A DNA stretch of 64,000 bases from assembly GCA_002633005.1 (NCBI GenBank), contig NMRA01000159.1, positions 728,739 through 792,738 of the forward strand, read 5' to 3'. Below, in pieces: positions 13,334 through 28,000 of this stretch. Both the position numbers and the translations under genes were made by a program. Source of the stretch: Phoronis australis. Lineage: Eukaryota; Animalia; Phoronida. Position 1 is the first letter of the stretch; every line of letters starts with the position of its first letter. The notes under the pieces are model-generated. The model was not told where the DNA came from and ran no database searches. It worked only from the letters and a program-made list of their open reading frames with translations.

Positions 13334-16300
13334 GGACGGCAATCCCGGGGATCCAGCCATTAAGATTGAGTTGTGTAACCGTGAACCAACACGAAAAGTA
13401 AGATTGGGCCAAGTACACTAACCGGTAGCGAGGAGCTGCCTCAAGTACCTATAGCTGAGATATACCAGTGTGAAAATACGAAATTTTCGATGAACTAAAG
13501 CTAGGTGCTGGTCAGCACATCAATGATTCACTTGAGACAGGCAGCTTAGCTCGTACCGGCCGTCTGCGCTCGTTCTAAGGTCAAGATTCATTTTGTTGTG
13601 ATCCAGTTTCGGAAAAACTTTATTTTATTATGGTCATTCTTCGAAAGAGTTTTTGTTTTTTGAAAATTTGAGGCCCCAAAGTCCTTGTTATAGTGCCTTT
13701 GGGACTGTTTCAAAATCCCTATTTGAAACACGACCGGTAGTTCAGTTTCTGGTGCCTGAGGAAAAGCAATCAATTCAGTTTTGAAGGACAAAAATTAATT
13801 ACTCAATACTACAAGAAACTAAAAACACCAAGGAACTGTGAAGACAACCTTTCCAAGAAATGAGTTTAATTTTATTTATTTGAGGATTTTAAAACGCTTT
13901 TTCTATCTACGTCTAAGTGTACTTTACTATTTGGGGATCGGATTGGCAGAGTTTTTCCAACTCCATGCAGTAATTAAATTCACTGAATTATCACCAATTC
14001 TTACAAGATTAGCTTCTAACTGTCAAAAATCATCTATGAATCTATCGATATTTGAAGATACATAAACAGAAACCAACGAATTTGTTTATCAAACAGGAAT
14101 GGTATGCGCAATTTTTGCAGGGTATTCGTATTAAGGTTTTTTCAGAGGTACCAATAACTGTTCACGATGTAAACTTGAATGCCACTGACAAAAAAACGTT
14201 GAAATCTTTGTTTATGATTGCGAGATTTCTTTGACTACCCCTTTCGACATGTACACGATCATCACAAATAGTAGCTTAGACAGCAAAGTTCTCCACATGT
14301 GGGAATTCCTTAAAAACAACTCATAGTGACCATGTTCAAAAGAGATTCTATTCTTGTGATACTAAGGGAAACAGTAACATTATTTTATAACTCACCATCG
14401 GAAATAGTCCTTTTGTGTAATTCACAAGTAGTGGTTTTCACGTTCTTCAAAATTTACGTGAACAACCTCGTTGAAAACGTCTGTGCACATCAAAGTTGGG
14501 TGCAAAACATATAACAATTTATGTCAATTGAAACTGAATTAATACAAGATGCAATGCATTTTTATGTCGTCTAGAGTAACTGCAAGCACTGTAGTTGATT
14601 TGTGTGGTCTTACATGTACGTCGGTCACGACTTTAGGGCCTCATTCAAAATGACCGGCGACATCAGCGTCCATTTCAAAACTCTGCTTACGGAGACAAAC
14701 AAGGATTAAGATTGGTAAAACACGTATATTTGTGATGGCTGATATATGTCCATGACATCACATGAGCAGTTGCTGACGGACATTGGGTAGTGTGACCATC
14801 AGCTGCTTATTATGCTTATGTTCACACTTTAGGGCACTGGTGTCTAATAACAGAAATTCATTAGCAGTAATAGAATGGCTGCAGGACGGGATTGAACTGG
14901 AACCTGGTACAACACTTCGGGGTGGCAGGTGGCACCAATGCACTATTAATTAAAATGCGTTTGCCTGACTTACTTGAAAGAATCTATGTAATATTTCTGA
15001 TGCTAAAATATTTAGTGCCGATCATCACGAATTGTTGTGTCGCCTCTCCCTCCCCCCTCCTCCCCTCCGGAGAGGGTTCCGCCCGAGACAAATCTCTCTC
15101 CATCCTAGCTACAGGTGCGCCCCTCAGGATGTACACAGAAGTCCTTGTCCTGACTGTTGCATGTTTCTGTATGCATTATACATTGCTCCTTGCTAGTTCA
15201 AAGGTTTAATTTGCCCTTTATATTTACCGTCAATCTTAACGAACTTGAACGTTCGTATTCTTCACTGTCTTAATCATATTTTCTAAACTTAGAATAAGTA
15301 ATGCTTGTGCGAAAATCTTGCACCTCCATTTTGGTTGATATGAATTCTGATGAGACTGATCATCGCTCACATATATCAGTCTGATTAGGATCGTTTTTGG
15401 TCAGTGACAAGAATTCGTATAAATTACTAGGGCTGATGAAAAAACTTAGATCTTATATTACACCATTCGTTAATATTAATTCTTATCAACATCTTATAAC
15501 ATGTCATACCATTCTTAGAAATAGTCGAAATTAATCTATTTTAAAGAGTCATTTGTAATAAATTCATCAAAAGTAATTGATTGTGTACACCTGTCGTGCA
15601 CGCGCAGATATAGTCCCTGTGTACACTTGTCCTGCACGTGCAGATATACATGTATATAGAGGGACAAACGGAAATTTACCCCGAACTACTCCACCGAGAG
15701 AGGGCACCGTCTGAAATGGGACACCTTAAGTTGAAAGGCTAAACATCATTAAGCTGGGGAAAAAGTGACAGTTCATTTCACCGTCGTGTGGTCCCAAAAC
15801 GATGCAGGGAGTGACCTCCTTCAAAAATGAAATCACAATTTCACAAAAAACAGGAAAATAGAGGTAATCGATTCCAATATTGGGCCCTCTCTCCGTGAGC
15901 GGCCCCGAAAGAATTTTTCAATAAAAACACAAAAAGGTGGCCACTTGAATGTCATAAATGGCCTCCTTCAAGGGCGAGGACTCCTAAATATGAAAAAACT
16001 ATATTTTCAAATATCAGGAAGTGCGCAACAATTGTTGTTATCTGTCAGGTCATCAATTTTTCGCAAGCGATATCCAGTTTCGAGAAAAAAGTATAAAGCG
16101 AAGGTTGTCTCCGTTTTCCCTTGCCAGAGAGGGGGCTCTAGAAAAATATAGTTTTGCATTCGCAAAATTGACTTACTGAATTTAAGCATCTAGTAAATTA
16201 GTACGCTCCGCAAAAGCTTCGCTTTACAAATTTTATCGATTTTTCGAAATACATGTATGGGTTTAGACGACTGGTGATGCAAAAGCGAAGACCATAACGA

Positions 16301-19176
16301 CAGTGTCCTGGCCAGGGTCCTCAAAAGGTACTCCATGCACTGATGCAGGTTTGTTTAATGTTCTCTTGAATTTTCTCTCTTATCCGTTTTTCGCAGTCTT
16401 TCTTTTCTCGGCTGTCCCCGGCACCACGCTTATATCGGTTGCCACGGTTTAACCCAGACGCTTAAAAACTTTTCGGGGGGCCCGTGCCCCTCCCCCCCCC
16501 CGTTTCCTACGGCACTGGATTAGCAGGCATAAAAGAGTGTAAGGTAACTATATCGCCATGACCACGATTGGTGGGTGGCAGGGCTAGGATGGCAAGAAAA
16601 AATTCCCGAAAGAACCCTGCATTTTCAAAACAAAGTCTTTAAATTTGCATTCATAATAATTCTTAATTGCGCTCAAATGTACTAAAACAGCAGTCTTCTA
16701 TAAGCTACGATGCAGTGTCATCACCCAATTCATTTTCAGACTAAAAGACTTTCGAACTATAATTCCTTTGCTTTGAAGACTATCAAAAGTCCTTCGGAAT
16801 AAACGATCGACAAACCCCATCTCAGCACATCTCGTATAGACATCACAAAACAATAAAGAAATAATAGCTGAACAGGTATTACCGTATCCTAGACACCACC
16901 AAGAAATAAATTTTGAATTAAAATAGAAATTGCATTGTAAAATTTGAAAAACAAGTAATTTTAGTTACATGAAATACCTTTCAGACGATCTATCAGAAAA
17001 GCTCTTGGTTATTTTAGCAGAACTGGACACCTTGTGACGAAAACGGCACCTCCTCATTTCTTCATCTGAAACAAATTATAAATGCAGTGATCTATGCTGC
17101 ACTTTTACGTTTGTTTTCATTTGTTTGGCTTACTTAAAGCTGTCTTCTAAATTTCCATTAACATGAGTTTGAAAGTTATTCTGCTACATTAAATGGTTCA
17201 ACTAGTAAACAATAAATATGTTGGGATGCAAACTGTTGCAAATAACGAAATGCGCAATGTTTTACAATGCTACTTCATAAGTCTGAAAAACAGGCTGTAT
17301 GCTAGTGGAATAAGAATCAAAATGACTCTATAGTTACCTTATGAAAGTATTAAATCAAAGTAGTGATTCATTAGGACCTCGCACGCACGAATTTAAGAAC
17401 ATAAAATTATAGAAACCATGCGACAATTTGTAGAATCTTCGACAATTTATAAGTATATTTTCCTTAAAACTCATAACACCTTCATAACTCACCCATGTGA
17501 AGTTGCATGTTTCCCTAATCTGAGAAAATAAGCACCAAATTCTACCTTCATCTGTATCATTGTCACTTGAACTGAATGGATTGGCGACATTCTCATCTGA
17601 AAAAAATCAAAACTGTCAATAGAAATGAATTGCTGTCTATAGTCCAAGGGGTCTATAGTTCGAAAACAATGGGATCTGTCCTCCGAAAAGTCAATAGTCG
17701 GAAAAATAGTTTTTTACATTATTCCGTAATCTACAGAATTAAATGTCTTCAAGATTTCAGATAATTTTACACCATATTCTGCATCTTTCAAAATTCCGTA
17801 AAGCTCTGTGAAGCAGGCAAGGCTCTCTTTCTTGAAATCGTGGTTATTTAATGAACAACCTGAACAAGCTACAAACACTTAGTTTAATGTTGCAAATTAT
17901 CCTTGGTGACTATCGAGTTGGTAACGTAAGATAAGTTTCCCCTTAACTCTTCGGAGTATTGACCAATCGAGCCACAGAACCTTTGGACCAACCATCCCTT
18001 AATTATTGAGTATATTAAGCGGACATCAAAGTTACTGAGAGAATTCAAAGATATTTTAGGTATTTTTTCACAAGGTCTGGTCTGGTGTTTGTGCCGTCCT
18101 TTTAATGACAACAGAAAATACATGTATGTGTAGTGAAAACACATTCTAGTCACATAGTTAGTAAAAATTTGAGAACCTGTATATTTCGGCAACCCAGAGA
18201 AAATAACTTCAGTAAATTATTTTACCCTAGAATTTCCCGTTTCAAGTTTGAGATTTGGTTTTCAGTCACTGATTTCAAACGGTTCATTTAAGGGTTGAAA
18301 ATGATCTAAGGTTGATACTAGATCACTCACATTGGAGCAATGTGAAAACATGAACTGTTTCATGCTACATTAAGAAGATACCCACATTTAAAGAACTGGG
18401 CAAGCAACACAGCATATCTATAACTTTGGTCGCTAATTTTCCAGGCTTGTTTGAAGTGTAATTATTTGTAAGGAAAAGTTTGTGCTTGGCATGTAGAATT
18501 GAACCAGAACAAAGTGTAAAAGTTTTACGAGCGATTTAACTCAATGCCTCAAGATATGGTTTAGTGTAAATGCTAGTATGTACATATGCTGATTTGCTTC
18601 TTATTAGAATTTGTACATGCATGCCTAATTATTGCTTATTTATTTGATACAGGGATTCCATCTTACTAGAGGGCCTTTTGTAGCGTTCCAGTCCACAAAA
18701 TGGACGAATTTCGTAGGAAAATCTGCTGAAAGAGCACCCATTTGTAAGGAATTCTCTCAGAAAAGGCACCATATCGCAGTGAATCTGGAAAATCCTACTA
18801 AGTGCAATTATTCTCAGCGATATAAAGCATAGTAATCTAAAACTCTCTGGATTTTATAGTAAAAGGAATTCTTCAGCTCATAATAAAGGGGTGGTTACAT
18901 TTTGAAACGTTTTTAGGAAGCTAGGACAGATGCGAGTATTTGGCCGCATCTTCTGCATTAGAAATAGTTTCTAGGACACTGCCAATTGCATGTTAGCCAT
19001 CCATTATGCCAACATTTTGCAATAACTTAAATAACCAAAATATTAAGAAATTTGAAAGACTTACCATAGACTTAGATCTTGAATGTACCATCATTATATA
19101 TACCCCACAATTTTTTGCAATCCCACAGTAAAGGTCTCATAAATAAAAATGCCCCGGATCTGTATAGTTCTCTTAG

Positions 19177-19184
<8 letters not shown>

Positions 19185-19250
<66 letters not shown>
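19185..19250. repeat. (TG)n microsatellite
   Basis: About 33 TG units; accounts for the CVCV runs in the ORF track. Confidence 0.95.
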
Positions 19251-19253
<3 letters not shown>

Positions 19254-19402
19254 ATGTACTTTTACTGTGTTAAAATATGTAGTTTTGTAACCTTAATGCG
19301 ATTCAAAAGCCATGTGCAAAGCATTTTTGTTAGAAATGAGGTTGCTCTTGTAGATTTGCAATTTTCATTAATTCTTCAGGCAAGTTGTACATTCAATTTC
19401 AG

Positions 19403-20180
19403 GTACATATTCTCAAACAGGACGACTTGGACAACCGGTCGAAACCTCTTGTACAGAAGAGCGAAAATAGTGATGGACGATTACAATCAGTATACCTACC
19501 ACACCTTCATGGACGGGGACATGATTTGGAATTGGTCTGAATGGCCTCATTTCGATGCTAACATCAATCGATCAAACTTGTCTCCAATGCGGGCGTACGA
19601 GCAGTTTTTGTTACGAAATCTACCCGTTTACAGCAACCCGTTTTACTGTTACATGGGAACTGGTAAACATAGCATTAAAGACGATATGGAAACATTTATG
19701 AGAAAATATGCTTGTGGATCGGGATGTGCCCAAACTAACAGAACATTTCCCGCTATTTGTCTTGCAATAGCACCGGACGCCGCAGTTGCCAGTTTCCACA
19801 AGCATGCCATCGACAAGCTCTTGCCGTACAGTGAGCAATACGAAGCCAAATCTTGGTGGGTGTCTCAACAGATTATGTTCGTTCGAATGTACGTCAGGTT
19901 CCACAAACAAAGTTTGACTTTTCTGCCAGTAACAGTTTGCAATCCGTCCCACTCCAAGTATCCTCGCGGCTTGATCTCGTACCACGAAATTATAGATGCA
20001 GAAAAATTAATGTCGCCTCCTTCGAAACGGAACTTGTCCATTTGGTTCGAAATGCATAATGTATTTAACAAGCCGAGCCTAGTACCCACGTGCCATCATA
20101 TACTAGACCCGACCTCAAAGAGAACACCAAACTCTAATATGGAAATGTATGTTATGGATAGCGTGATCGTCAAGAATTAA
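19403..20180 (+). CDS. Terminal exon of the putative GT-A-like membrane protein
   Basis: tttcag| acceptor, then ~259 open codons: YIFSNRTTWTTGRNLLY..YHTFMDGD..LLPYSEQYEAKSWWVSQ..NPSHSKYPRG; TAA at 20180; AATAAA near 20394. Confidence 0.8.
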
Positions 20181-21944
20181 TTCGGCACTCTTCATATGCT
20201 GGCTATGTATTCATATACCGTCTTTTTTCTTTAATGGTTTATAATGGAATAAGACACATTAACAAAAACACGCTTTCCATGAAGTGACTCAAACAGGCAC
20301 ACACTCGCACATAAACCTCGACCGTTGCGGAAGTCTGTAACAAGCCAAATTTAATCAGATCTCCGTAATTGAGCTTTCTGTTTCTTCACTTATAATAAAA
20401 CAACTCACCTTCATTGCTAAATGCGTCATTAGTCATGGCTCTTTGACTTATTTTCTCTGCAGCACACCCTTGAGAAAGAGCGCACCGCTCGATACGTGGG
20501 AATATTTTAATATATTTTAGTACCGACGCTCGTCATTTTAGTTTTACTAGTTTTACTATTTTACTTATAGAGAAGTGAATGTGATGCTTGGCTGCATAAT
20601 TGTGGATAATTAATAACGGTACAGTATTTAGTACCGGTGAATTAGAACCGGTTTACTAGTTAATACCGGTACACTAGTCAATACTGGTACAGTAAGTAGT
20701 ACCGACACAGCGATTAGCACTAGCACAGTAAGATGTAGCGGCTCAGTGATTAGCATTGGTTTTCACATTTACAAATTGCCACTTTTAAATGTGCTTAGTT
20801 TCAGTTACCCTTTCTGGTTGGATGCATGCTCGAGCAAGCATGTATACGGGAACTAAGATGACTTTCAAGACGATCAAGAATTCCAGCTCCACTTTTTTGG
20901 TCGCCGTTAACTTTTTCACCGCGCGATTACTATAAAGTGTTTGAATAGAAGTCACACGAGTTTGGCCACAACAAGAGACTGAGCAAAGCGCTTCGCTGAT
21001 TCCCTAAAAGCCTAGCCAGCACGTGCTGGCAACTGACCACCTAGCGGCACGCAGGGAACCAGCGAGAGCGAAGAGCGTGACCTGCCTCCCGTTCAGTAAC
21101 GCTAGGACCTCGCTAAAAGACAAGACTGCGCGAGATTACGAGATATATTGTCGTACATTTTAGATGAGAACACGTGACGTTAACTAGATTTTACCTAGGT
21201 CCTAGCATTACTAAACGCACGCCTGGTGGCTGGTCTTTGCAAAAGGTAGCATGGTAAGACATGACATCGGGAAGTGTTTGTGAGATTTGTATCTCTTGGA
21301 CTTTTTCGTGAACTGGCGTGATTTCGCGTAACTTTTATCCAGCGACGGAAGCCCCATTGAACTTCGACAGATTTTCATGGATATGCTAGAATAATATTGA
21401 CACAATTGTCTCCAGAGTCATGAAACGTGTATGTGTTAATTAAAACTCATATGAATAAATGAATAATTCGATGTTCTTCGCTGCATCTTCAAATGAGTAA
21501 TTTTTATGGGGTACCTTACCGCCTGTGTAGCCTACTTTCTTGTAACCTGGTTCCCGGGCCTCACAAGATGACGTCACTGATAACTTGTGAAGGCCCAGGT
21601 ACAGGGCACTAGAACGATGGTTTTCATTGGCTGTCAGCTGGCAATTTTTAACCAGGAAGTTGACGTGCGTATGCTTATATCCGGTAATACGTTATCAGAT
21701 CGCTAGGTGTCGCGAGAGTAAAAGTTATTTTTTGGGTTGCGTTTGCGGCCCGGTGAAACTCTCTGGTGATGTAGCTGTTTATATTGTTATTTTATCAACA
21801 GACTGAGCTGAAATTCACGTAATTATCGCGCATCGATTCCTTATTATGGAAATAAATCTGAATTAAAAATGGCTTCGCTCTTTTCATTTGGCTTTTTCAG
21901 TTTCAGTATTTGAACACTTTATATGAATTGAAAACGTCACTTGC

Positions 21945-22108
21945 AGGGGCGGATCCAGGATTTTGAGCTGTGGGGAGAGGGCAGGGGCAAGGGCGGAGTA
22001 TTTTGACCGTCAGACATTCACACCCGCAACTGAACTGCCAAATGGAATCTAGCCTAGACAGGGCCATGGCCCCCTTGCTGTCGACCCCCCCCCCTAAATC
22101 CGTCACTG
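21945..22108 (-). mobile_element. hAT-like MITE, same family as 13178
   Basis: CAGGGGCGGATCC..AAATCCGTCACTG ends; interior is the reverse complement of the 13178 and 55204 copies. Confidence 0.65.
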
Positions 22109-25070
22109 TACAGTGTTACAGTATACACATCATTCACTCCCTAGAACACTACAATTTCCGACCCTTCAGGTAACCACAATTTTCGAGTTACACCCCTCCC
22201 CACGTTGCCATAATTTTTTCATCCCATTTCCCTCTTTGAGTTGGGACCCCGCACAACTTGAGGGAAGTCATTCAGATCATCTTGGGTATATTCGGAGCAT
22301 TAAATTTCTCCTTTAAGGTGAAGTTAACCTGCGTGACTTTCAAACTTAGTGGAGAATGATTGGCCATAATGACCAAAAGTTCGAGCATGCACTGAAAACA
22401 GTTACTTCCACGGGCATCCAGAACACCTCGGGTGTTTTCGTAACCTCAAATTTCACCCAATAGGTGAACACTTCCTGCATGTGTGCGGACTCCAGTTAGC
22501 CTATTTCTCAAGACTGAAAATCACGTGACTTGCCATATTTTAGATAAAGTTCATCTTCGAGAGGATGTTTTAGGCTACGAAAATACCCGAAGTGTTTTGA
22601 AGAAAAGTTTGTAAATAGGTAAATAGCCGACGTGCTCTAGATGTTCCGAGGGTAAATTTGTAGCTAGGAAAATACCGGATATGTGTCCCAAATGGGCCCT
22701 AAGCTTTAGTTTTATGCATAATCTGGTAATAGAAGAATCTCCAACCATTTAGACAGTGGCTAAAAAACATTAGGTTTGTAGTCCGAGGTTTGAAGTTCAA
22801 TGTAGCCTAATGTTCCAAATGCACAATCTTTTCATAAGGGTTAATGCTAACAACTGAATCCTTTCATAGTAATTCTTGAACAGCTGTCTTTTTCACCCAT
22901 TAAGCTTGAAGAAGTCGGCTTAGAGATTCCTGTTGTCAAAAATGAGTCTGGTGTACAAAGTTTTAAAAATACAGGTATCATATTAAAACCCCTTCTGCAG
23001 TAGGAAAAATGTACCATTTGCAGTGTTTTTAACTTCCAGAGTGCAACCCATTGTATTCATGGGAAAAGGTTTGCTTTGGCAGGGATTTTTTCAAGCACCA
23101 TTTTGAAGAGAAATTGTTCGAGAAAACTCACCCAGCTAGGTGTCATGTCCGGTATACATGTAAACCTGTAGGAGTATCCCCTGGAATGGTTTTAGGAGGG
23201 TACTCTGAAAGCCCAATGATGGTGAAACAAACCCTATTCCTATAAACCTAACAATGTGGGTTGAACATCATGGAAAGTACAAGCGCAATTGGTGATTTCA
23301 GAATGCGCTTGTGAGAGGATGTCTTCTGGCTTCCAGATTTCCTTTCAATTAAATTCCTTAAAGTTGTTTTGTATGCGTCTTGTGTGAAAAAGAATATAGT
23401 TTTGATCTGAACAACTTACCACTATATACAGGAATTGGAATGACTAAAAGAAGAAAAATTTCCAGGTGATCAATCGTTTCACAAATAGGCTTGTGAGATA
23501 GAAATATTTTTTGTGTTGTAAAATTTAAGTGGAATAAATGTTTTTGCATAAATCAAGTCAAAATAATGATAAAAAAGATGCTGGAAAACCAAAAAGAGGA
23601 AATAAAAACAAAAAATAGGAAATCCTCTTAAAAGAGGAAAATTCCAAGCCATGTTTCTATCCCTGTCTCAACTTGTTCCTTAGTGGACTTGGAAGAACTC
23701 AAACTTTGTTATTGCCCAAAGCCATAGTTATTGCACCAGGTCTTAAGCAATAACAAACTATCAGTTCAACGGAAGCCAATATGCCACGTGTAATCTCATT
23801 AAGTAACAGTACGAGATCAAGAGTCTAACCACGAGCACACACGTGAAGATTGACAGCGGACACTAGTATCCAAATCCAACTGCTGGACATGCCAATCTTC
23901 ATGCGAGCAATTGTGATTAGATTTTTGCTACTATTTTGGCCAAAAACAACATTGTTAGTACGAGACCAATCTTATATTGTTACATGTTGGTTCTAAAAAG
24001 AGGTTGGATTAATAGCAGCTTGAAAATGGTACACTGTGTGTATAAGGAACTTAAAAGGGGTTCATTTTTTCAATACAGTTCATTACAGATGTTTTCTTAT
24101 TCTCCACAATGTATTTAAATGCTTTTTGGGCTAAACAGATTCTAGCCCAGTCTTGTATGGATTGATTTAAAACCCTGAAAAGGGATTATGTGATCATATT
24201 TTGGGAATACACCTATTGAGTGAAGTTTTCAATCCAAATCGAACTCAAAAGTGTTTTTGTCACTTGCAGTCTACTTTCTTGCGAGATCAAGATAGTGCTT
24301 AATGACCACTAGATTCGAACTAAAATTTGAGTAAAAATTTAAGATTTCTAGTAAAACCTCTAACTCAGACTCGAACTTTTAGCTCTAATGCTGGGATCAT
24401 TTATTGCCACCAATAAGCACTCAAATATAGAATAAAAGAAACTTATCTCGAGTTCAAACAAAAGTAGAATTATTATAGAAAATAACAAACAATCTTGAGT
24501 AAAAAGTTGAAACCCTGGACCCAGGTGTTACTTTCATAATGGTCTATGCTTTCACAAGGCAGTGAATGTGCAACTTGAGTGGAAGTCGGGTCTTTAATAA
24601 CCTATTCCCCCAGCACCACTAGTGTAGTCAGAATTATTCAACAGAGGTTGCCAAACTTGAAATTTTTGGCGATCAATGATTGTGACTGTAATGACAGGCA
24701 ACCTGGAGGCACTGCATGAACAGGGGACAGGGACAGAGGAGCTAGGCAAGCACAAAACTGAAATGAGTTTCTATCAGGGGAAGGATCTGCAATGAAGAGG
24801 GTGTAGCCTTGTTGTGCGCCCTATGGCTATGTTAATGCCCAGACTTACTACTTCAGTCTATCCTTAAACTAGACCACATTTCTAATCAATACATCAGAAA
24901 AATAAAGTTCCCAATGTTAGACAAATTTCTTATCATGTTGTGTGTTTTGTAGCTTATGAGTGTAATATTTCTAGGAACACATTAATGACATCACGGTTTT
25001 TAATTTTGAGTCAACGTGAGGGTGTTTGCCAGTGCGAATGTTCTCAAGCATTTCACACTGCCCAACTCTT

Positions 25071-25086
25071 GCCACGAGGGGGCGCC
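25071..25086 (+). promoter_or_regulatory. CTCF consensus site
   Basis: GCCACGAGGGGGCGCC matches the CCASYAGRKGGCRS core closely. Motif only. Confidence 0.45.
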
Positions 25087-28000
25087 CTCAATAAGAGTCA
25101 AATTTGTAATTTGTAAAGACCGAAACGTTGACTAAAATCACTGCTGTATTATATAGATCATAACCACAAGAATGAAACACTAGCATGTTGCTCAAAACAC
25201 TGAGCAAAGCATAATGATAATAGTCGCATACAGGGGAGGAGCCCCACTTTGAGAACCAGTGTTTTCTACAGCATAACAAGAACCAGTTTTTCACTGAATA
25301 GCAGGCGTTAAAACTTGTTCTCAAAATGCAGATAGCCATTGAGTGACTATTGCCTGGATAACAATCCAACCCACCTAACGCACAAGAAACCGTCGATTTG
25401 GGTTAAGTGACCCAACTTAAAATCTTTGAAGTACCCTGACCTCCCAATTTTGATATGTGACATGTTTTTGCTACAAGTCATTTCACCGAACCAGGTTTTT
25501 AAAGTTCGCTTGCCTACAAATTCTAACTCCAGGATGCTTTGATTACAGCGAACCATAGTAGTTTCTGAATGTTTTAGAATGGTTCTGGTTTTGCAATTAG
25601 AGTGAAATTAATAGCTGATTGTTGCAAACTGCAACACTTGACATCATGTGAACCTGGAAAGCAAAAAAATGAAACAGTCGACGAGTCGGGGTCCAAGAGA
25701 GAGAGAACACTTGTATAGATTGCATATGACCAAATGTGCCGCTCTGACCAGTGACTCAGGCATTGCAAAAGTCACCCTGAAAGGGCGAATTTCCAAATAA
25801 ATTCCACACAAAAATATTTACTTTTAGGTTTGAACTGTATAAAATGGTCCATTTTTGCGCCAAAACCACTGAATGTTTCATATACAACTGAGGCTTCTTG
25901 TGTTAAAAAGAATACAGTCCAGCTTTTTGATGAAATTCAATTCCCTGTAAATAATAACTTTGCATAATTTTATGTTATCAGAAAAGTGGACTATTCCATT
26001 GAGGCTCTAACCACCGTGAGGCACCTTTAACTAGCCCTCGACCATATACTATATTATTTAGTGAAAAGTTGAGGGCTGATCAAAAGTGGCTGTGCTCTAA
26101 CCAAAATGGGTCAGTTTTAATGGCTGTGTCAACTCACAAAAGAGTGAGGTTTTATCTTGCTGATTATACTGAAGAGTGGGTACAATCCTAATTTCACAGC
26201 AACAAACACACTCCGAAATAATTGAACACTCCGTGCGACTGTACGATGGCAGTCATTCCTGAATGACACCGCCAAAAGCGGCAATGTCAGTCATTATAAA
26301 ACTATTACTAGACCACTTAATGTTTTTGTGTTTAGAACCATTGACTGCATTTTTATGCTCCTAACTTCTGTTAGTAGTGACAAGTGTGCCAGTCTACTTA
26401 TGCAGGTGAGTGACAATGAATAATAGCAGAATTTCAGCATATATCCTTATCTGACCAACTAGTTCAACCTTCACGGTATTCACGGGAGCTTATATAACGT
26501 ACATGAACATGTTAACATACGAGAGGGTGTACTCTGAAAAGATCGAGACAATCTCCCGTGGCCGCGACGCACTCAGCTACTCCTTTCCCACTATTCGGTG
26601 CCTAAAAGTAAAATGACTGTTGAGTGTTGGTGGCCTAATTTCTTCCACAAATTATTTAGTAGAAAGTCATATCACTTCAGAATCCAGCATAGTATACAAG
26701 GCAATTATCATAAAATGTTTCGTATACGTCACTGGTGATGTATTCCTTGACTCGTTAGCTTTGAAATGCGGGAGTTTGATGAAAACAGAGAGACTTAAAC
26801 GGCTGTAAATCCATCGACATTCTTTTACTGGAAGTCGCCATGTTGGTGAACTAGTTTGACCTATTATACAACTGATCAATAGAATGCCTTGTTTCTTGAA
26901 ATCTTAACAGCCAATGAATGATATTCCAAGAATGCGGATGGAAAAGTGCCCTGTAGCAGACCCCAACCAATCTCGTGGGTCTGTGCAGACTAACTTTCTT
27001 GCGCCGTCCACAGGCGATGTAATAAATTGCCTACCACCTTCCAAGTTGTTGACAACAGTGAATCTGTAGATGGCGTTGTTCGTCTATTTAACAGTGCTTT
27101 GTGCGACTTCCTAGCACATTTACGGTAAAATCCCCTCAATTTCGTACAAAATAATTTCCGAATTGTACTTCTTCATTTTTCAAGCTCTTCTAAAAATGTT
27201 GTGAATGTCCACAATTTTTCAAAATATTTTTTGTTGGTAGCTATAAAGACCTTTCTAAATATTACCTCATGAATATTAAGAGGAAATGCCAAAACGAGGC
27301 TTATACTGATAAACTACTTCATGCAGCCTCCCGCCTCTAGAAATTCTTGATCCACTAGGAGACGCTTAGCGCCATAGTGTCCCTAACCAATCATAACAAC
27401 GCATAGGTAGGTTAAAGGTCAGGAGGCTTAGGCGCTAGTACCGTGAGCCCGAAGTCAGTGTGTAGTCTGCAGAGCAAAGTCAAGTTTACAATAACAGTAT
27501 TTTGAATTTCTGGAATTCCACAGTCTACAGTATGACAGTGTTAGCTGGGTCATTGGGGACACAGCTCTCTGTTAACTTGTACATATAACCAAAACAAAAG
27601 TGAACTGAACGCCAGCCAGCCGCATGTGCTTGCATTGGTTTAAGCGGGCTGCCAAAGCGTTTTTTGTTAATCTTCAGATGTTTGCCAATGCAAATTTGTT
27701 GTGTGGAATCCACTCCTAAGTAACAGCATTGAATTAAAACGAAGAACAACGTACTGTGGATCACAAAAAACGAAACAACATTTTGAAGATAACTAGTATC
27801 AACTATATACTCACAGGCGAAATCTGAATAAAACTGTTTTATAAAATCCGACTTTTTTCAAACTTCGAATGTATTTCTAATCGCATACCCGATGAAAAAA
27901 TGAACATAACAGTTTCTTACCGATTCTGAGCTAATCTCTCAACTACAGAGTCAAGTTCCATTGCAAGACAGCCAGGCGATCGGCAACATTTCATCTCACA

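Noticed and set aside
15345-15392. Hammerhead-like CTGATGA followed by a 7-bp stem
   Set aside because: The required GAAA after stem II is absent.
19149-19402. N-terminal CVCVCV extension of the 343-aa ORF
   Set aside because: Intronic (TG)n microsatellite; the exon begins at the acceptor at 19403.
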